Part shown: positions 1 through 11,496 of the stretch, piece by piece
Layout: each line of letters opens with the position of its first letter
Numbering within the stretch: the first letter of the stretch is position 1
From: Dimorphilus gyrociliatus
Lineage: Eukaryota > Animalia > Annelida
Direction of reading: 5' to 3'
DNA length: 64,000 bases
Assembly (NCBI GenBank): GCA_904063045.1
Contig: CAJFCJ010000013.1
Coordinates: 1,036,156-1,100,155, forward strand
Position numbers and translations under genes: made by a program
Notes under the pieces: model-generated
What the model was told of the DNA's origin: nothing
Seen by the model: the letters and a program-made list of their open reading frames with translations, nothing else
The model's database searches: none

Positions 1-157
1 CGTCAATATGAAAATGAGTACTAAAAATGAATTAGAGGATAAAAACTAAAGACAACAACAGGGAATGAATGACTGAGAAAGGAAAAAAGAGAAAAAAGAA
101 TAAGGCACCACAGGAAAAAGACAGATGGTGGAAAGAAAGTAGAAGAAAAAAATGAAA

Positions 158-277
158 AAGAATACGGCACCCAGTGTTCCCAGGCGGTCTCCCATCCAAG
201 TACTGACTGGGCCGTACGTCATTTAACTTCGGTGATCGGACGAGAACCGGTGCTTGTAACGTCGTATGGCCGTATAC
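158..277 (-). rRNA. 5S rRNA, canonical type
   Basis: Reverse complement reads GTATACGGCC...GATCACCGAAGTTAA...GTACTTGGATGGGAGACCGCCTGGGAACACTGGGTGCCGTATTC followed by a T-run. Metazoan 5S sequence, closing helix I and intact box A/C. Confidence 0.97.
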
Positions 278-307
278 AACAGTCTACTTAGATTTGCGCT
301 ATTTATA
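278..307 (-). promoter_or_regulatory. Conserved 5S upstream element (TATA-like TAAATAGCGCA at about -30 to -19 plus AGTAGACT near -10); representative copy
   Basis: The same motif, with minor variants, precedes every canonical copy (e.g. 1237-1266, 1914-1943, 4755-4784, 8742-8771, 10157-10186) even where more distal flanks differ. It is absent from the two type-B copies. Confidence 0.7.
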
Positions 308-1116
308 CAACAGCTATATTTAACCTTTTTTCTTCATATTCTTACAGAACATTGACTCCAACAAATAATGGCAGAGAGTCCTTTCTATCACTGACGTATA
401 AAAGTATTTTTTTTAAATTTTAAGTACTTGCAATTCTTATATTAAAAAATATTGACAAACCAATTCTATTGCCCTTTTTGCAATGTAACATATTTTTCTT
501 ATCTAGTTTGTATTACAAAAATTTTCAGTTTTATTAAAGAAAAGTTGCTCTCTTATTGAGTGATCTATTGAGTAGTAGATAATGTGTTAAATAGAGACTT
601 TTAAAACAAGAACGTAAGCATTTCTTACATATAATTAAGAAAATATAATTAAGAATTTAAGAGTGACTTTCAATTTGCTTGGGGTTACTGTTCGAATGTC
701 TTTTTCTTATTCTATTGTCAACTGATAATGTAATCCCTGTCATATTTTAATATAGGCGATATTGGTCGAGCATAGGGTTACACTTTCGGCAGCTTCCATT
801 AATCTGGAAGAGTAATTTATATTCATAAGATAAAGACTATAACATTTTTGTGGTAGATCTCAAATGGCTTATAGTAGTTCGATTGTTGAGCTTCAATAGT
901 TTGGATATGAGCCGGGATTGTCAATAGTTTGACAGATATTGGATTCGTAAAGACAATGTAATGACTAGAAGAGAGCAGAAGGAAAAAAATGTAATGGAAA
1001 ATGAAGTGAAAATCATCATTAGTTGAAAGAATTAAGTTTATGAGTTTTGTACAGAAATCTAGAATGACAGTTTTGAGAGGCAAAGAGAACGAAATTAGAA
1101 AGAAAGCAGTCGAAAA

Positions 1117-1236
1117 AAGAATACGGCACCCAGTGTTCCCAGGCGGTCTCCCATCCAAGTACTGACTGGGCCGTACGTCATTTAACTTCGGTGATCGGAC
1201 GAGAACCGGTGCTTGTAACGTCGTATGGCCGTATAC
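1117..1236 (-). rRNA. 5S rRNA, canonical type
   Basis: 118-nt core identical to 158-277, followed by a T-run terminator. Confidence 0.97.
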
Positions 1237-1399
1237 AATAGTCTACTTAACTATGCGCTATTTAAACAGCATCTGTATCTACCATTTTTTCTTCATATCC
1301 TTAAAAGAGTATCGACTTCGTTAAAATACTCAAAAAAACAGAAAAATGACTTAAAAGCTATAGATGGCATTCCTATGATCTACAATATGCGTATTATTT

Positions 1400-1606
1400 G
1401 GATGTGGTAGAAAACGGCCATAAATCTATGGTTTTACCCTAACCCTAACCCAGCCCTTGTTTTTACCTAACCTGTTTGAATACCCCTAACCCTTAGATGG
1501 GACCCTCCTAAGAACATATCAATAGTTATCTTATTCCTCCTAACCATTTCCCAGGCTGAAATCTAACTTTGAAATATTTCATTTATGGCCGTTTTCGACC
1601 GGTCCC
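1400..1606. mobile_element. MITE, Mutator-like (207 bp), copy A
   Basis: Perfect 9-bp direct repeat GTATTATTT at 1391-1399 and 1607-1615. Imperfect ~26-bp TIRs with core GAAAACGGCCATAAAT, internal CCCTAA motifs, and an empty site in the paralogous spacer at about 10032-10040. Confidence 0.85.
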
Positions 1607-1943
1607 GTATTATTTGAGGGAACTTTTATCAACATCCTACAATATCTTTCACTTTAGTTATCAATCAGATATTACTCTTCTTCACTTCATGGAAAAGACA
1701 GAAAGAAATGTATATAATACAAATCTTTCGCTGGATTATTGTTATCGCATAGATCGATAAGTTTGAGCAAATCGAGTAAAGTGAGTAAAAGTTTGTTCAG
1801 ATATGAACGATTACCTCGATTTGGTTGATAGATATGTTTCCGTTGTTTTATTTAATGAAGATATTACTGAAATATTCATGTTTTATGAATAATTTTGATA
1901 AAGGTACATGTAGTATAAATTGTGCATAGTTAAGTAGACTATT

Positions 1944-2063
1944 GTATACGGCCATACGACGTTACAAGCACCGGTTCTCGTCCGATCACCGAAGTTAAAT
2001 GACGTACGGCCCAGTTAGTACTTGGATGGGAGACCGCCTGGGAACACTGGGTGCCGTATTCTT
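1944..2063 (+). rRNA. 5S rRNA, canonical type (C73U)
   Basis: Full 118-nt core with one substitution (cccagttagtac), T-run downstream. Confidence 0.96.
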
Positions 2064-3380
2064 TTTCTTTTTTTTTCTGTCTTGATATGAAACGGTCTTT
2101 TATGTTCTTTTGAGTATTTTAGCGAACTTGATACTTTTTTAGGGATATGAAGAAAAAATGTTAAGATATAGGTGTTGTATAAACATTTGTTGCCGGATTG
2201 TTTTTCTTTTTTATATTTCCCAAATTCCTCAGATGAACATTTTCAGTTTGGCGGAAAAAGAGGCGGTTTCTATGTGATCGCCAAATTTGACTTATGTATC
2301 GTCTAATTAATTTTCGAATGAAAAGCCTTCTTGGATCATTAGGCACTATATTCAGTTTCTAATTGTTGTGTAATTGAAATTCACAATTAATAGCAAATGA
2401 AAATGAGAGAATAGTTTTCTTTATAATGAAACGATTCACGTCTAACCTCTGAAGCTAACAGATTAAAATGTCGACTAATATTTAACTAGAGGGTGAGAAT
2501 ATGAACAAGAAAGTGTATTTAAATGTATGATGATGTACTTCAGAGAAGTTTGCCACAGAAATGAGATAAGGGAAGGAATCATTGGAGATAAATATTGCTA
2601 TACAAGAATTTAGGATAGGAGTAATTGTGCTTTTAAAACCTTCCATAAATATTGTTTTTTGTCTAACTTATGATGACTTTTCACGATATCACTGCTACTG
2701 CCATAAAACGCAACATATAAATAATTTCTTTTTTTTCATGTGCATATGTATATTGATTTCGGTACACGTTTGTCTAAAATATATAGGTAAACACATAGGT
2801 GTGTTTCTTTTTCTTGAAAGATATATCTGAGTGTATTATAGGAAATATTCTCTATTAATAATAAAATAAAGATTAAAGCAAGAACAGTTTATAAATTGCC
2901 ATATCTTCAAATAATAATTTCTTTTTCGAGGACTTTAAGTAATGGCATAATGATAGCAAATAGAAAATATTGAAAGACATGGATAATATTAATAAATATA
3001 TATAGTATGAGACGACTAATTGTAGCTACCCAAAAATATTAAAAAACAAGCTATTGATAACCTCTTGTCCAATCAAAAGAATAGGTAGGTAAACATCCAT
3101 GCCCGAACGAAGATGGTCTATGGAGAATAACAGCAGAAGAATTCGAAAAAACTGAATTTCATAAAAGATAAACAATTTCTTAATAGTTATTCCTAAAGAA
3201 TGTTTTTTCCTTCATATTAAGATTCATTACTATTAATACGAAGTAATTATTCATAAATATCTAAGCATGAAAAATATCAATCGTTTTAATATTTTTAAAG
3301 TCGCTACTAATCGACTGATGAGACTGTAGTATAAATTTATTTCCATATAAATAGTCCACAGTTAACTACTGTAGACTATT

Positions 3381-3436
3381 GTATACGGTCATACGACGTT
3401 ATATGCACCGATTCTCGTCTGATCACTGGGTGCCGC
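3381..3436 (+). pseudogene. 5S pseudogene with internal deletion
   Basis: 5S nt 1-46 joined to nt 105-112 at a CAC microhomology (gatcac|tgggtgccg), removing 58 nt that include box A, the IE and box C. Confidence 0.85.
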
Positions 3437-3956
3437 AGTCATTTCCTTTTTTCTTCTCTCTCTTTCAGGTTTTCCATTTTTCCTATCAACTAAATCATAA
3501 ACTGCTTAATGTGTTTGAGTAAAAAAGAAAGACGAGATTTTCTATAAGAAGTAGTTACTGTTCGTGGAATGAAGTTGTCGGCGCTACAGTTAAACGAGTG
3601 ATTAAATGAGATATATTCAGTACCGCACAGATGATTGGGTTTTGAACGAGAAGCATTCAATTCTTTCACTATTTTCTCTTTACGTTTCACCACTGCATGC
3701 ATTCTGAGCTTTTACATTTTTCTGTCGCCTATAAATGGTGACGAAGGAATAAAATAGGGTACCACTTTTTCTATAAAATATTAATCATCGAATATAAATC
3801 TGAGGAGAAAGCGTCCGAACCCATCCTTCATCAGAAAAAATTTTTCTTTTGCAAATATTTAATTAAAAAAAAAATAATATAGCCTAACAAAAATGACAGG
3901 TAGCTACGAATGTAAAATTAAAAACATTTTCAAATCAAGATAGAAAAAAAAAGAAA

Positions 3957-4076
3957 AAGAATACGGCACCCAGTGTTCCCAGGCGGTCTCCCATCCAAGT
4001 ACTGACTGGGCCGTACGTCATTTAACTTCGGTGATCGGACGAGAACCGGTGCTTGTAACGTCGTATGGCCGTATAC
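3957..4076 (-). rRNA. 5S rRNA, canonical type
   Basis: Identical core, T-run terminator. Confidence 0.97.
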
Positions 4077-4413
4077 AATAGTCTACTTAACTATGCACTA
4101 TTTATACTACATGTACCTTTATCAAAATTATTCATAAAACATGAATATTTCAGTAATATCTTCATTAAATAAAACAACGGAAACATATCTATCAACCAAA
4201 TCGAGGCAATCGTTCATATCTGAACAAACTTTTACTCACTTTACTCGATTTTCTCAAACTTATCGATCTACGCGATAACAATAATCCAGCGAAAGATTTG
4301 TATTATATACATTTCTTTCTGTCTTTTCCATGAAGTGAAGAAGAGTAATATCTGATTGATAACTAAAGTGAAAGATATTGTAGGATGTTGATAAAAGTTC
4401 CCTCAAATATTAC

Positions 4414-4621
4414 GAGACCGGTCGAAAACGGTCATAAATGAAATATTTCAAAGTTAGATTTCAGCCTGGGAAATGGTTAGGAGGAATAAGATAACTATTG
4501 ATATGTTCTTAGGAGGGTCCCATCTAAGGGTTAGGGGTATTCAAACAGGTTAGGCAAAAACAAGGGCTGGGTTAGGGTTAGGGTAAAACCCATAGATTTA
4601 TGGCCGTTTTCTACCACATCC
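4414..4621. mobile_element. MITE copy B (inverted duplicate of copy A within the duplicated spacer)
   Basis: Flanks AAATATTAC (4405-4413) and AAATAATAC (4622-4630); the sequence is almost the exact reverse complement of 1400-1606. Confidence 0.85.
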
Positions 4622-4784
4622 AAATAATACGCATATTGTAGATCATAGGAATGCCATCTATAGCTTTTAAGTCATTTTTCTGTTTTTTGAGTATTTTAAC
4701 GAAGTCGATACTCTTTTAAGGATATGAAGAAAAAAATGGTAGATACAGGTGTTGTTTAAATAGCGCATAGTTATGTAGACTATT

Positions 4785-4904
4785 GTATACGGCCATACGA
4801 CGTTACAAGCACCGGTTCTCGTCCGATCACCGAAGTTAAATGACGTACGGCCCAGTCAGTACTTGGATGGGAGACCGCCTGGGAACACTGGGTGCCGTAT
4901 TCTT
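4785..4904 (+). rRNA. 5S rRNA, canonical type
   Basis: Identical core followed by TTTT. Confidence 0.97.
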
Positions 4905-5143
4905 TTACCTCTTTTTTTCCTTTCTCAGTCATTCATTCCCTGTTGTTGTCTTTAGTTTATATCCTCTAATTCATTTTTAGCACTCATTTTCATATTAACG
5001 ATAAAAATGTGACAGAATTAATAAAGTCTACGAAAAATCAGCAAAGTTTGCGAAAATCATTGCGAAAAGATTACAAACATGAATGAGAAGATCTGCAACT
5101 TTTCGAATATTCTAAAAATAAAAGGAATGTAAAAGAAGATAAA

Positions 5144-5263
5144 AAGAATACGGCACCCAGTGTTCCCAGAAAGTCTCCTACTCAAGTACTGACTGGGCTG
5201 TACATCATTTAACTTCGGTGATCGGACGAGAACCGGTGCTTGTAATGTCAGATGGCCGTATAC
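5144..5263 (-). rRNA. 5S rRNA, variant type (type B)
   Basis: Full length, 11 substitutions versus canonical, 8 of which form four compensatory pairs (U14-A65, A18-U60, A82-U94, A85-U92). Distinct 5' flank, T-run present. Confidence 0.85.
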
Positions 5264-5606
5264 AATGAGGTAGCCTATTTTAAGGTTCATGTATCAAATA
5301 TGGCATTTAGTTAAATCCAATAGATAGAAACGGTTGACAATATCGATAATTTATCAATGTGCATTAACTACCATTAAACAAGGGGAACATGACTTCAATA
5401 ATGCAGCAAATTTAAATGAGATTGAGAGATTGAATGGAGAATGTTGAAATCGTTATCTGTGAAGTCAATTTTGCCTTTTTTCTTTTCTTTTTCTTTTTAC
5501 TTTCTGAATTGACTATTACCATAAGCTATTAGGGGAGAATATCCTTGAAACGTCATCATTTATCAATTATACTGCATTTAAATAGCGCATAGTTATGTAG
5601 ACTGTT

Positions 5607-5617
5607 GTATACGGCCA
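5607..5617 (+). pseudogene. 5S 5' stub (11 nt) behind an intact upstream element
   Basis: aatagcgcatagttatgtagactgtt|gtatacggcca, then an abrupt switch to unrelated spacer sequence. Confidence 0.7.
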
Positions 5618-5787
5618 AGTAGTTGGTAGAATTGCAAGTAGTTAAAATTTAAAAAAAATACTTTTATACGTCAGTGATAGAAAGGACTCTCTGCCATTAT
5701 TTGTTGGAGTCAATGTTCTGTAAGAATATGAAGAAAAAAGGTTAAATATAGCTGTTGTATAAATAGCGCAAATCTAAGTAGACTGTT

Positions 5788-5907
5788 GTATACGGCCATA
5801 CGACGTTACAAGCACCGGTTCTCGTCCGATCACCGAAGTTAAATGACGTACGGCCCAGTCAGTATTTGATTAGGAGACTTTCTGGGAACACTGGGTGCCG
5901 TATTCTT
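5788..5907 (+). rRNA. 5S rRNA, mosaic: canonical 5' part and flank with variant-type helix IV
   Basis: Positions 1-77 canonical; 3' part reads GTATTTGATTAGGAGACTTTCTGGG, sharing A82, A85, U92, U93 and U94 with type B. Confidence 0.75.
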
Positions 5908-6622
5908 TTATCCCTTAATTTTTCTTTTCTTGTATTTACCGTTTCGTCTTTAGTAAAGCATCTTCTTAAATTTTTAGGTGACCTACATTGTTAATTTGAA
6001 AGAATTGAGAAAATAGAAAACACAACCGGAGATTGTATATATAATCGCTTCCACTGCTAACCAGGGGTTCGTTATTTATTCTCGCTTTTTCTCTAGCGTT
6101 ATAGTAGCCTGCGCTGTTTTCGTGTGAGTTGAGAAAATAAAGCGTTATCAACCGTGACAGAACACCTAAATTATAATTTTGCTTATTATTTTCTTTTGTT
6201 ATATTAAATACTGGTGTGGCTTGACATAAGACGACTTGGATGATCCAACGAAAGGGATCTCTTGCAACCTTTCTGCCCTAAGCACTATCTTTTCAGTCTT
6301 TTCTCTTAATTTTGTGATTTATAAGTTGAGCATAATTGTGCTTAGGAATAGTAGGTTAACTAATATGTTATATCCTATAAATTTTTGACTTGAAACAAAT
6401 GCTTATTGCTATATATTTAGCGAAAATCGTAAGATCATGTCTTTGAGATCGCTTCGGTAATTTCGAAGAGGAGCGTTATTAAGTTTTATCGAGATGGTCC
6501 AATTATGCGGCACTAGATGCCGTATTCTTTGACTTTTTTTCTTCCTCTTTTGAATATTATTTTAAGATTTCTAGCATTTATCATATACAGTATATGCTTC
6601 TTTGAAATGGTACTTTTTAATG

Positions 6623-6829
6623 GGGTCGACAGAAAACGTCCACAAATGAGAAATTTCAAGACAAAAATTTGGATTGAGAAATGGTTAGGAAGAAGAAGAG
6701 AGCAACTGATTTGTAATTAGGAGGGTCTCCTCTAAGGGTTAGGGGTAATGGAAAAGGTTAGGTACAGCTAAGGGCTGGGTTAGGGTTAGGGTAAAAGCAC
6801 CAATTTGTGGACGTTTTCTGTCGCATCCC
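6623..6829. mobile_element. MITE copy C (independent insertion, divergent subfamily)
   Basis: Perfect 9-bp TSD TTTTTAATG at 6614-6622 and 6830-6838; perfect 21-bp inverted repeat CGACAGAAAACGTCCACAAAT; internal gggctgggttagggttagggtaaaa shared with copy B. Confidence 0.88.
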
Positions 6830-8145
6830 TTTTTAATGTATCTGAACTATGATCTTTCTATGATCTAATATTTCGGTAACAAAATTTTTCTTACGTAATT
6901 CGCTTTGTGTATCATTTTAAAACTAATAAATATTATCTTTCTCGTTTTGTACTTTGAGTGTGTAAATAAACTAATTAAAAAATATATTTAACTTAAAAGG
7001 CAAATTTCGTCCCAAACTCGGCCATTTTGTTTACAATCCCTCATGCATTTCCACTTCCGTCCTTTTTCCGCCATGCTTTTTGGAAACGCATCTGGGGAGA
7101 AAAAGCGCTTAATAAGCAAATTTTGGCTTCTTAAACTTCTTCCGTGTTCTGAAACGAAGCCTGATGATTGCTTGGATGATGGTGAGTTTGTATTCTTTCT
7201 AAAAAGTCATATAAATATTACTTTTGAGAAAATATATTAGAATATTTAGAATCAAAATCACGTGTTGATGGAGATTCGGAATTACAGCAATTTTCATGTT
7301 AAATTCCTTTTATAGGTTAATTAGCACAACTTCTTGTTGTCGGTATGCAGGTTTTTAATTTTTTAATACAAATTAGTTGTAATTTGGCAGATTTATCCCT
7401 TGAATGATAAGAAATCATTTTGAGCGATAATATGTCCAAAGCTTTGCCTTATCCATTCTTAAAACTTTTTTTAATTAACAAGATTTTGTTCACCTTTAGA
7501 TAAAAGTTGAAACAACTAATAATAAGGAGTTTCGACAAAACAAATAGCAAATTGGGGATGAGAGAGCAAAATGAGTTAGTATTTGCCTTAGAGAATACTG
7601 AACGACAAACATTAAAATCTGAACTGTCAGATTCAAAATGGCTTTTCCAACATGGAACTAGTACACTATGGATCACTAATTATATCATTTGATTAATTAT
7701 GTATCAATTCAAGCTGTTTCAGATTTTGCAGTACATTACATGTACAACTTAGAAATGGTTTTTCTTTTTTGTTAACATTTCACAAATAAAAGATCATTTT
7801 TATGACTAATACTGCAAAGAAATATGAATTATTTTTGCGCGGAAAATCGTGAAGCAACAAATATCTGAAAAGTAATTTTTTAAAGTCAGCAAAATTTAAA
7901 TGAACAGGTTATTAACAAACACTGAAATTTCACAATATCGAAAACTCGATTAAAATAAATAATACATGCTACTAATCCTCTATATTATCATGCACAGATA
8001 AGTACACTTTTGTATTTCATATCCGAGAAGGAAGTTCCTACAATAAAACTGCGCGACAATACACAAACAGCTTACGAATATTACAAGCGAAAAGTGGAAA
8101 TGTTTCTCAAGAAGAATAAAGACCCTAGTGATAGACATACGAAAA

Positions 8146-8263
8146 TAAAACGTTACCAAATGCTTCCAGACACTCTTCTATTCAAGAAATTATAAGACCA
8201 AGTTACAGTTAACCTCGGTGAGCAGACGAAAACCGGTTCTTACAACATTGTATGACCATATAC
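8146..8263 (-). pseudogene. Decayed 5S copy
   Basis: ttaacctcggtgagcagacgaaaaccggttcttacaacattgtatgaccatatac aligns co-linearly with the 5S reverse complement, with many substitutions. Confidence 0.75.
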
Positions 8264-8771
8264 ACTAACTTCAATTCTTTTTTCATCAAAAACTCTAGGA
8301 AAATTTCGTTGAAAAGTCAAAACGAACATTTGAAATTCAAATAGAAGTAATAACAGACCGGGAAGAAAGAGAAAGAGGAAAAAGTTTACACAAAACCTAC
8401 TTCTAGAATCATTCTTTCTACAGCGATTTAACTGCAATACAAAAATAAAAATCAATTGAATTCAATAGTATCAATATTAACAAAGATGTTAGATAACGTA
8501 ACTTAAAAAGATATCTTACGAAAGATTATCACCTTCTAGACTGCTGTAAATCGAGCGATAATCCAGAGCTGTAGCAGTGAGCAAATTATAATTGTCTCTC
8601 AAAGAAGCTTTGGAAGAAATTCAGGTGATCAGAGCCGAAGCGAGAACTTTAATGTCTGTTTTTACCGTTCTATAAATTTTTAATCATTTTATAAATGAAA
8701 GTTTGATATTTTTTAAAAATTTTTAACAAAGGTACACGTGGTATAAATAGCGCAAATTTAAGTAGACTATT

Positions 8772-8891
8772 GTATACGGCCATACGACGTTACAAGCACC
8801 GGTTCTCGTCCGATCACCGAAGTTAAATGACGTACGGCCCAGTCAGTACTTGGATGGGAGACCGCCTGGGAACACTGGGTGCCGTATTCTT
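8772..8891 (+). rRNA. 5S rRNA, canonical type
   Basis: Identical core, T-run. Confidence 0.97.
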
Positions 8892-9258
8892 TTTCATTTT
8901 TTTCTTCTACTTTCTTTCCGCCATCTGTCTTTTTCCTGTGGTGCCTTATTCTTTTTTCTCTTTTTTCCTTTCTCAGTCATTCATTCCCTGTTGTTGTCTT
9001 TAGTTTTTATCCTCTAATTCATTTTTAGTACTCATATTCATATTGACGATAAAGATGTGACAGAATTAATAAAGTCAACGAAAAATCAGCAAAGTTTGCG
9101 AAAATCATTGCGAAAAGATTACAAACACGAATGAGAAGATCTGCAACTTTTCGAATATTCGAAGATTGAAAGTAAATTCAATCTTTAATAATCAAAAATA
9201 AAATGAAAATAACGTTGAACTTTAGTTGAAAAATAAACGGAATATAAAAGAAGATAAA

Positions 9259-9378
9259 AAGAATACGGCACCCAGTGTTCCCAGAAAGTCTCCTACTCAA
9301 GTACTGACTGGGCTGTACGTCATTTAACTTCGGTGATCGGACGAGAACCGGTGTTTGTAACGTCAGATGGCCGTATAC
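9259..9378 (-). rRNA. 5S rRNA, variant type (type B)
   Basis: Shares C13, U14-A65, A82, G83, A85, U92, U93, U94 and the type-B 5' flank with 5144-5263. Retains canonical G18-C60 and has a private G25A. Confidence 0.85.
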
Positions 9379-9587
9379 AATAAGGTAGCCTATGTTAAGG
9401 TTCATGTATCAAATATAGCATTAAGTCCAATAGACACAAAATCTCTTCTTTCAATTCATGTCAAAAAATGTTAATGACATGGTTTTCTCGTTGAATCATA
9501 AAGAAAACATTCGAAGACCTCTCGTAAATATTTCATTTTATAGGAAAGGAAGAAAAATTGAGAGAAAGAGAAGAAAAAAAAGATAAA

Positions 9588-9707
9588 AAGAATACGGCAC
9601 CCAGTGTTCCCAGGCGGTCTCCCATCCAAGTACTGACTGGGCCGTACGTCATTTAACTTCGGTGATCGGACGAGAACCGGTGCTTGTAACGTCGTATGGC
9701 CGTATAC
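9588..9707 (-). rRNA. 5S rRNA, canonical type
   Basis: Identical core, T-run. Confidence 0.97.
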
Positions 9708-10186
9708 AATAGTCTACTTAACTATGCACTATTTATACTACATGTACCTTTATCAAAATTATTCATAAAACATGAATATTTCAGTAATATCTTCATTAAA
9801 TAAAACGACGGAAACATATCTATCAACCAAATCGAGGCAATCGTTCATATCTGAACAAACTTTTACTCACTTTACTCGATTTTCTCAAACTTATCGATCT
9901 ATTCGATAACAATAATCCAGCGAAAGATTTTATTATATACATTTCTTTCCGTCATTTTCATGGAGAGAAGAGTAATATATGATTGATAACTAAAGTGAAA
10001 GATATTGTAGGCCATCGATAAAAGTTCCCTCAAAAAATACGCATATTATAGATCATAGTGATACCATTTATAGTGTTTAAGTCAATTTTCTGGTTTTTTG
10101 AGTATTTCGATACTCTTTTAAGGATATGAAGAAAAAAATGGTAGATACAGGTGTTGTTTAAATAGCGCAAATCTAAGTAGACTATT

Positions 10187-10306
10187 GTATACGGCCATAC
10201 GACGTTACAAGCACCGGTTCTCGTCCGATCACCGAAGTTAAATGACGTACGGCCCAGTCAGTACTTGGATGGGAGACCGCCTGGGAACACTGGGTGCCGT
10301 ATTCTT
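10187..10306 (+). rRNA. 5S rRNA, canonical type
   Basis: Identical core, T-run. Confidence 0.97.
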
Positions 10307-10470
10307 TTTCTTTTTTTCTTCTATTTTCTTTCCGCAATCTATCTTGGTCCTCTTAAAGCTAATCTTTTATCCTTGATTAGTCATTTCAGCGAAACAAAAT
10401 ATGTCTTAACTTTGCTTTAGAAGAAAAGTAGGAGATGGTTTATATGAAGAAGAAAGAACCGATTTAACTA

Positions 10471-10510
10471 CACCGAAATTTTGTGGCCAGGGAACGCTGA
10501 TTGCCGTATT
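10471..10510 (+). pseudogene. 5S fragment
   Basis: caccgaaatt...ggccagggaacgctgattgccgtatt resembles 5S nt 44-53 and 92-117, followed by a T-run. Confidence 0.5.
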
Positions 10511-11496
10511 ATTTTTCTGATTTTTTCTTCTTTCGGTCTCTTATCATTTCAAAAATATCCCACTAGATTTCAGTAGAAAAATCAAAAATAAGCAATTTAA
10601 GCAAACCATGACTAGAAAAACAAGACGTATGCTTCCTTTCATATACGAATGAAAGGTACTCCTCTCATCATGCATAACCTAATTAGAATTTAAACTGAAA
10701 GCATGAATGAAGAGCCAGTAACTATTTTTCATTGTATTCGCTGTTATAACATTCACGTTCTTATTGTAATCTGTCGATTTTCCATACATATTTCCAAAAA
10801 AGTCGATTAATAAATATGACAAGATCATTTCATGGTATACGACAAACATTTTATATACTTCTTTCTGCCACAAAAGTTTCTTGAAAATGTTTATTCATTG
10901 CAAAATTTTAGTAGGAACATTGGAAATATTTAATTGAGTACAATTTCAAGACTTCAATCTAACAAAAAGGGAGAGATAAAAACAGATTGAAAAGAATATT
11001 GTAGGCAAAGTTCTAAGAGACGTTCACTTTTAAGGATTATGTGAGCATACAAAGTTCCCATTAAAATTCTAAAAGGTAAAAATGTGAAAGCAGAAACTCT
11101 TATCGATCTTTTACAATATCTTTAGCCTAAGTTCGCAATCAGGTATTACTTTTCTTTTCTGGAACAAAAATACGGCAGTTAATATGAGGAAAAGAAATAT
11201 CTAAATGGAAAATAACATAGACTGAATTGCAGAAGTATTAGATTTTGCTGATGAGAGGAGCATAATTTCTTCTATCTACAAAAAACTTTTTAACAAGAGA
11301 AAACATTGTTATTAAATGCGGTTTTCATCATTCGAGAACGAAAAAAAACAGTAAAACTCATAATACGCACAAAAGTGTAATTCCTTTGATTAGATATAAA
11401 GACTGTATGAGAAAGAAGAAGGCAAAAAAGTCAAAAGAATGTTGCAAGAACATATGAAAGAGAGGAGAGTTGATAGTTGAAGAAAAAAAAGAAAAA

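Larger units (their letters stand above)
1117..4904. repeat. Inverted duplication of a ~950-bp head-to-head 5S pair (1117-2063 vs 3957-4904); third, MITE-less copy at 9588-10306
   Basis: Spacer 1237-1943 is the near-exact reverse complement of 4077-4784. Spacer 9708-10186 matches 4077-4784 minus the MITE. Confidence 0.92.
4785..9420. repeat. Direct duplication of a tail-to-tail canonical(+)/type-B(-) 5S pair (about 4785-5320 vs 8772-9435)
   Basis: Shared spacer ctcagtcattcattccctgttgttgtctttag...gatctgcaacttttcgaatattc and shared type-B 5' flank. Bases 1-157 are the reverse complement of the same spacer. Confidence 0.9.

Noticed and set aside
1436-1500. CCCTAA/TTAGGG motifs read as an interstitial telomere or chromosome-fusion scar
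   Set aside because: There are only 2-3 perfect units, embedded in a TIR/TSD-bounded element present three times, so they are better explained as MITE interior.
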